DNA from: Takakia lepidozioides | Taxonomy: Eukaryota; Plantae; Bryophyta | Assembly: GCA_030704615.1 (NCBI GenBank) | Contig: CM060731.1 | Location: 89,032,001-89,096,000 of the forward strand | DNA: 64,000 nt | Direction of reading: 5' to 3' | Shown here: in pieces, positions 62,637 to 64,000 of the stretch | How positions within the stretch are numbered: position 1 is the stretch's first letter | Layout of the letters: every line of letters starts with the position of its first letter | The notes under the pieces: generated by a model | The model's input: the letters and a program-made list of their open reading frames with translations, nothing else | Databases searched by the model: none | Told to the model about the DNA's origin: nothing | Translations under genes and position numbers: made by a program

Positions 62637-63994
62637 CGTTGTGGCTGCACTGCTTGTACACCCCGACCCGTAGCCTTTGTCACTCCTGGCGCTACCGGCG
62701 ATCTCCTGCAAACTTGGTGTACGTCCAGTCTCCTCCTGTGATTGCAACAAACTTGCAAGTGTAAATGACTAACATAGCACACTGCCAACAGTAAAGAATT
62801 ATCTAGGATAGCGTCAATGACTCCCCCTCAATAAGAGTGCTTAGTTTCTTGCTGGCGCCCAACTCTGAGAAGGCCCCCAAGTAGAAGCAATGTGTACTAA
62901 TTCCATCCATATAGGAATAGACTCTGAGCTCCAGCCCAAAAAACCCAACACATAAAGTTTGTCAATGCAAAACAATGTGGGAACTTCCTATGTTGTAAGA
63001 GAAGTATACCAGTCGTGCTATAACATCGTTGATTCCACTGCGACCCGATCGAGATGTATTCCTCACACATCCCCGCGCCTTGACACCATTTGCCTGGAAT
63101 TTCTTGAAATCAGTGGAACCCCAACTAACAACTTGTTGTGCCCATGTCTTGCCTGGCACATGAAGGGGTTTGGGCAGCCCCACACTATAGTAATTTTTGA
63201 ACAGCTTATTTCGTTGGTACTTGAGATGCCCGCAAATTGTTTTTGTAATAGCCTTTATGTTAAGACCAGGAGGTCCGTATTCCCAATCTGAAGCCAAGAT
63301 CTCCATGATCTTTTCAATTAAGTGTAATGGTTGATCCTGAGCATACAATGACCAGTCCAACAAACGTTGACACTGCCCTCGCAGAGCTGTCATCCACTGG
63401 TTCCGAGCAGGACCTTCAGGTTTCCAAGTTCATCACAAGAAATGAAAAATTTCCTCCTCCCTACAGCCACATTCTGAGCAGCCTGGTCTCTCAGATCTTT
63501 TGCAAGTGCCCTTCTTTCCCTCCTTAAAGCATTTTTGCATTCTACAGGAGTCACGCCTGATGTCCCCCCAGGAGTAAGGCTGGAATCCTGCAAGGTTTCA
63601 GCAGTACCTTGCATGTTACCACCTTCACTCTGTTGGGGCTAGACTGCTGTCTCCCACCCCACAGGATGATGTGGAGCAAATGCATCCTCGGTCTGTTTCA
63701 GAATGCCTTTCCCTTTCAGGGTATTAGGTGTATCTGGAGATGTTGGATAAAGAGGTGGCCGCGGTGCAGTGAAGCTCGAAGGTGTCGGCTGTTGTACTCC
63801 ATTGTAGTTGGATCCTGAAGGTTGGTGGCCACCATACTAGACATGCCCTTGGTGTGGTCTTGCAGGGCTGGTAGGATAGAGGGAGGAAGTAGGTTGGTTG
63901 TACATAGGCCGAGGAGGATACATACTATGGGGATGCATTCCATAATGGTGGTAAATGGAATATCCACCTTGACTAGGATCATGCATTGGAGCGC
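62637..63994 (-). pseudogene. TnpA-like (Ptta/En/Spm) exons
   Basis: WMTALRGQCQRLLDWS...PKPLHVPGKTWAQQVVSW...KARGCVRNTSRSGRSG, then spliced EETGRTPSLQEI..RSDKGYG. P/Y-rich N-terminal part with TAG stops. Confidence 0.7.
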
Positions 63995-64000
63995 CTGCAG

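Larger units (their letters stand above)
59440..64000 (-). mobile_element. CACTA transposon (runs off the window) with a TnpA-like multi-exon gene
   Basis: TIR CACTAATACAGAAACCGGTTTTTTTAGCGGC at 59440. Subterminal TCACAC/GTGTGA repeats. TnpA-like coding exons read toward the TIR. Confidence 0.85.

Overview
Plant nuclear DNA, most likely from a non-seed land plant (bryophyte or lycophyte type). This is inferred from the mix of a Replitron HUH transposon, a Penelope-like element, a DNMT-like retroelement fragment and PLS-PPR sequence. Two host genes converge in the middle. One is a 7-exon ALKBH9-type m6A RNA demethylase (+, 15405-31049, about 538 aa, with a probable GC-AG first intron and two ~5.8-kb TE-filled introns). 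The other is an intronless class VIII (RSL-related) bHLH transcription factor (-, 34734-36353). The rest is mostly decayed, nested transposons: several CACTA ends, two copies of a gag-bearing Ty3-like element (one with an internal inversion), Ty3 pol remnants, a solo LTR, a hAT fragment, an RTE/RTEX-like LINE family, two tRNA-derived SINE families, an AT-rich satellite and a PPR pseudogene with an internal ~110-bp tandem repeat. Most notable: (i) a CACTA element whose TnpA-like gene appears to carry an in-frame FCP1/NIF (HAD phosphatase-like) domain; (ii) a cytosine-C5 methyltransferase fragment in TE context; (iii) a Replitron with an internal inversion; (iv) an in-frame open extension behind the ALKBH9 stop codon. 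All calls come from reading the sequence by eye; no database searches were run.
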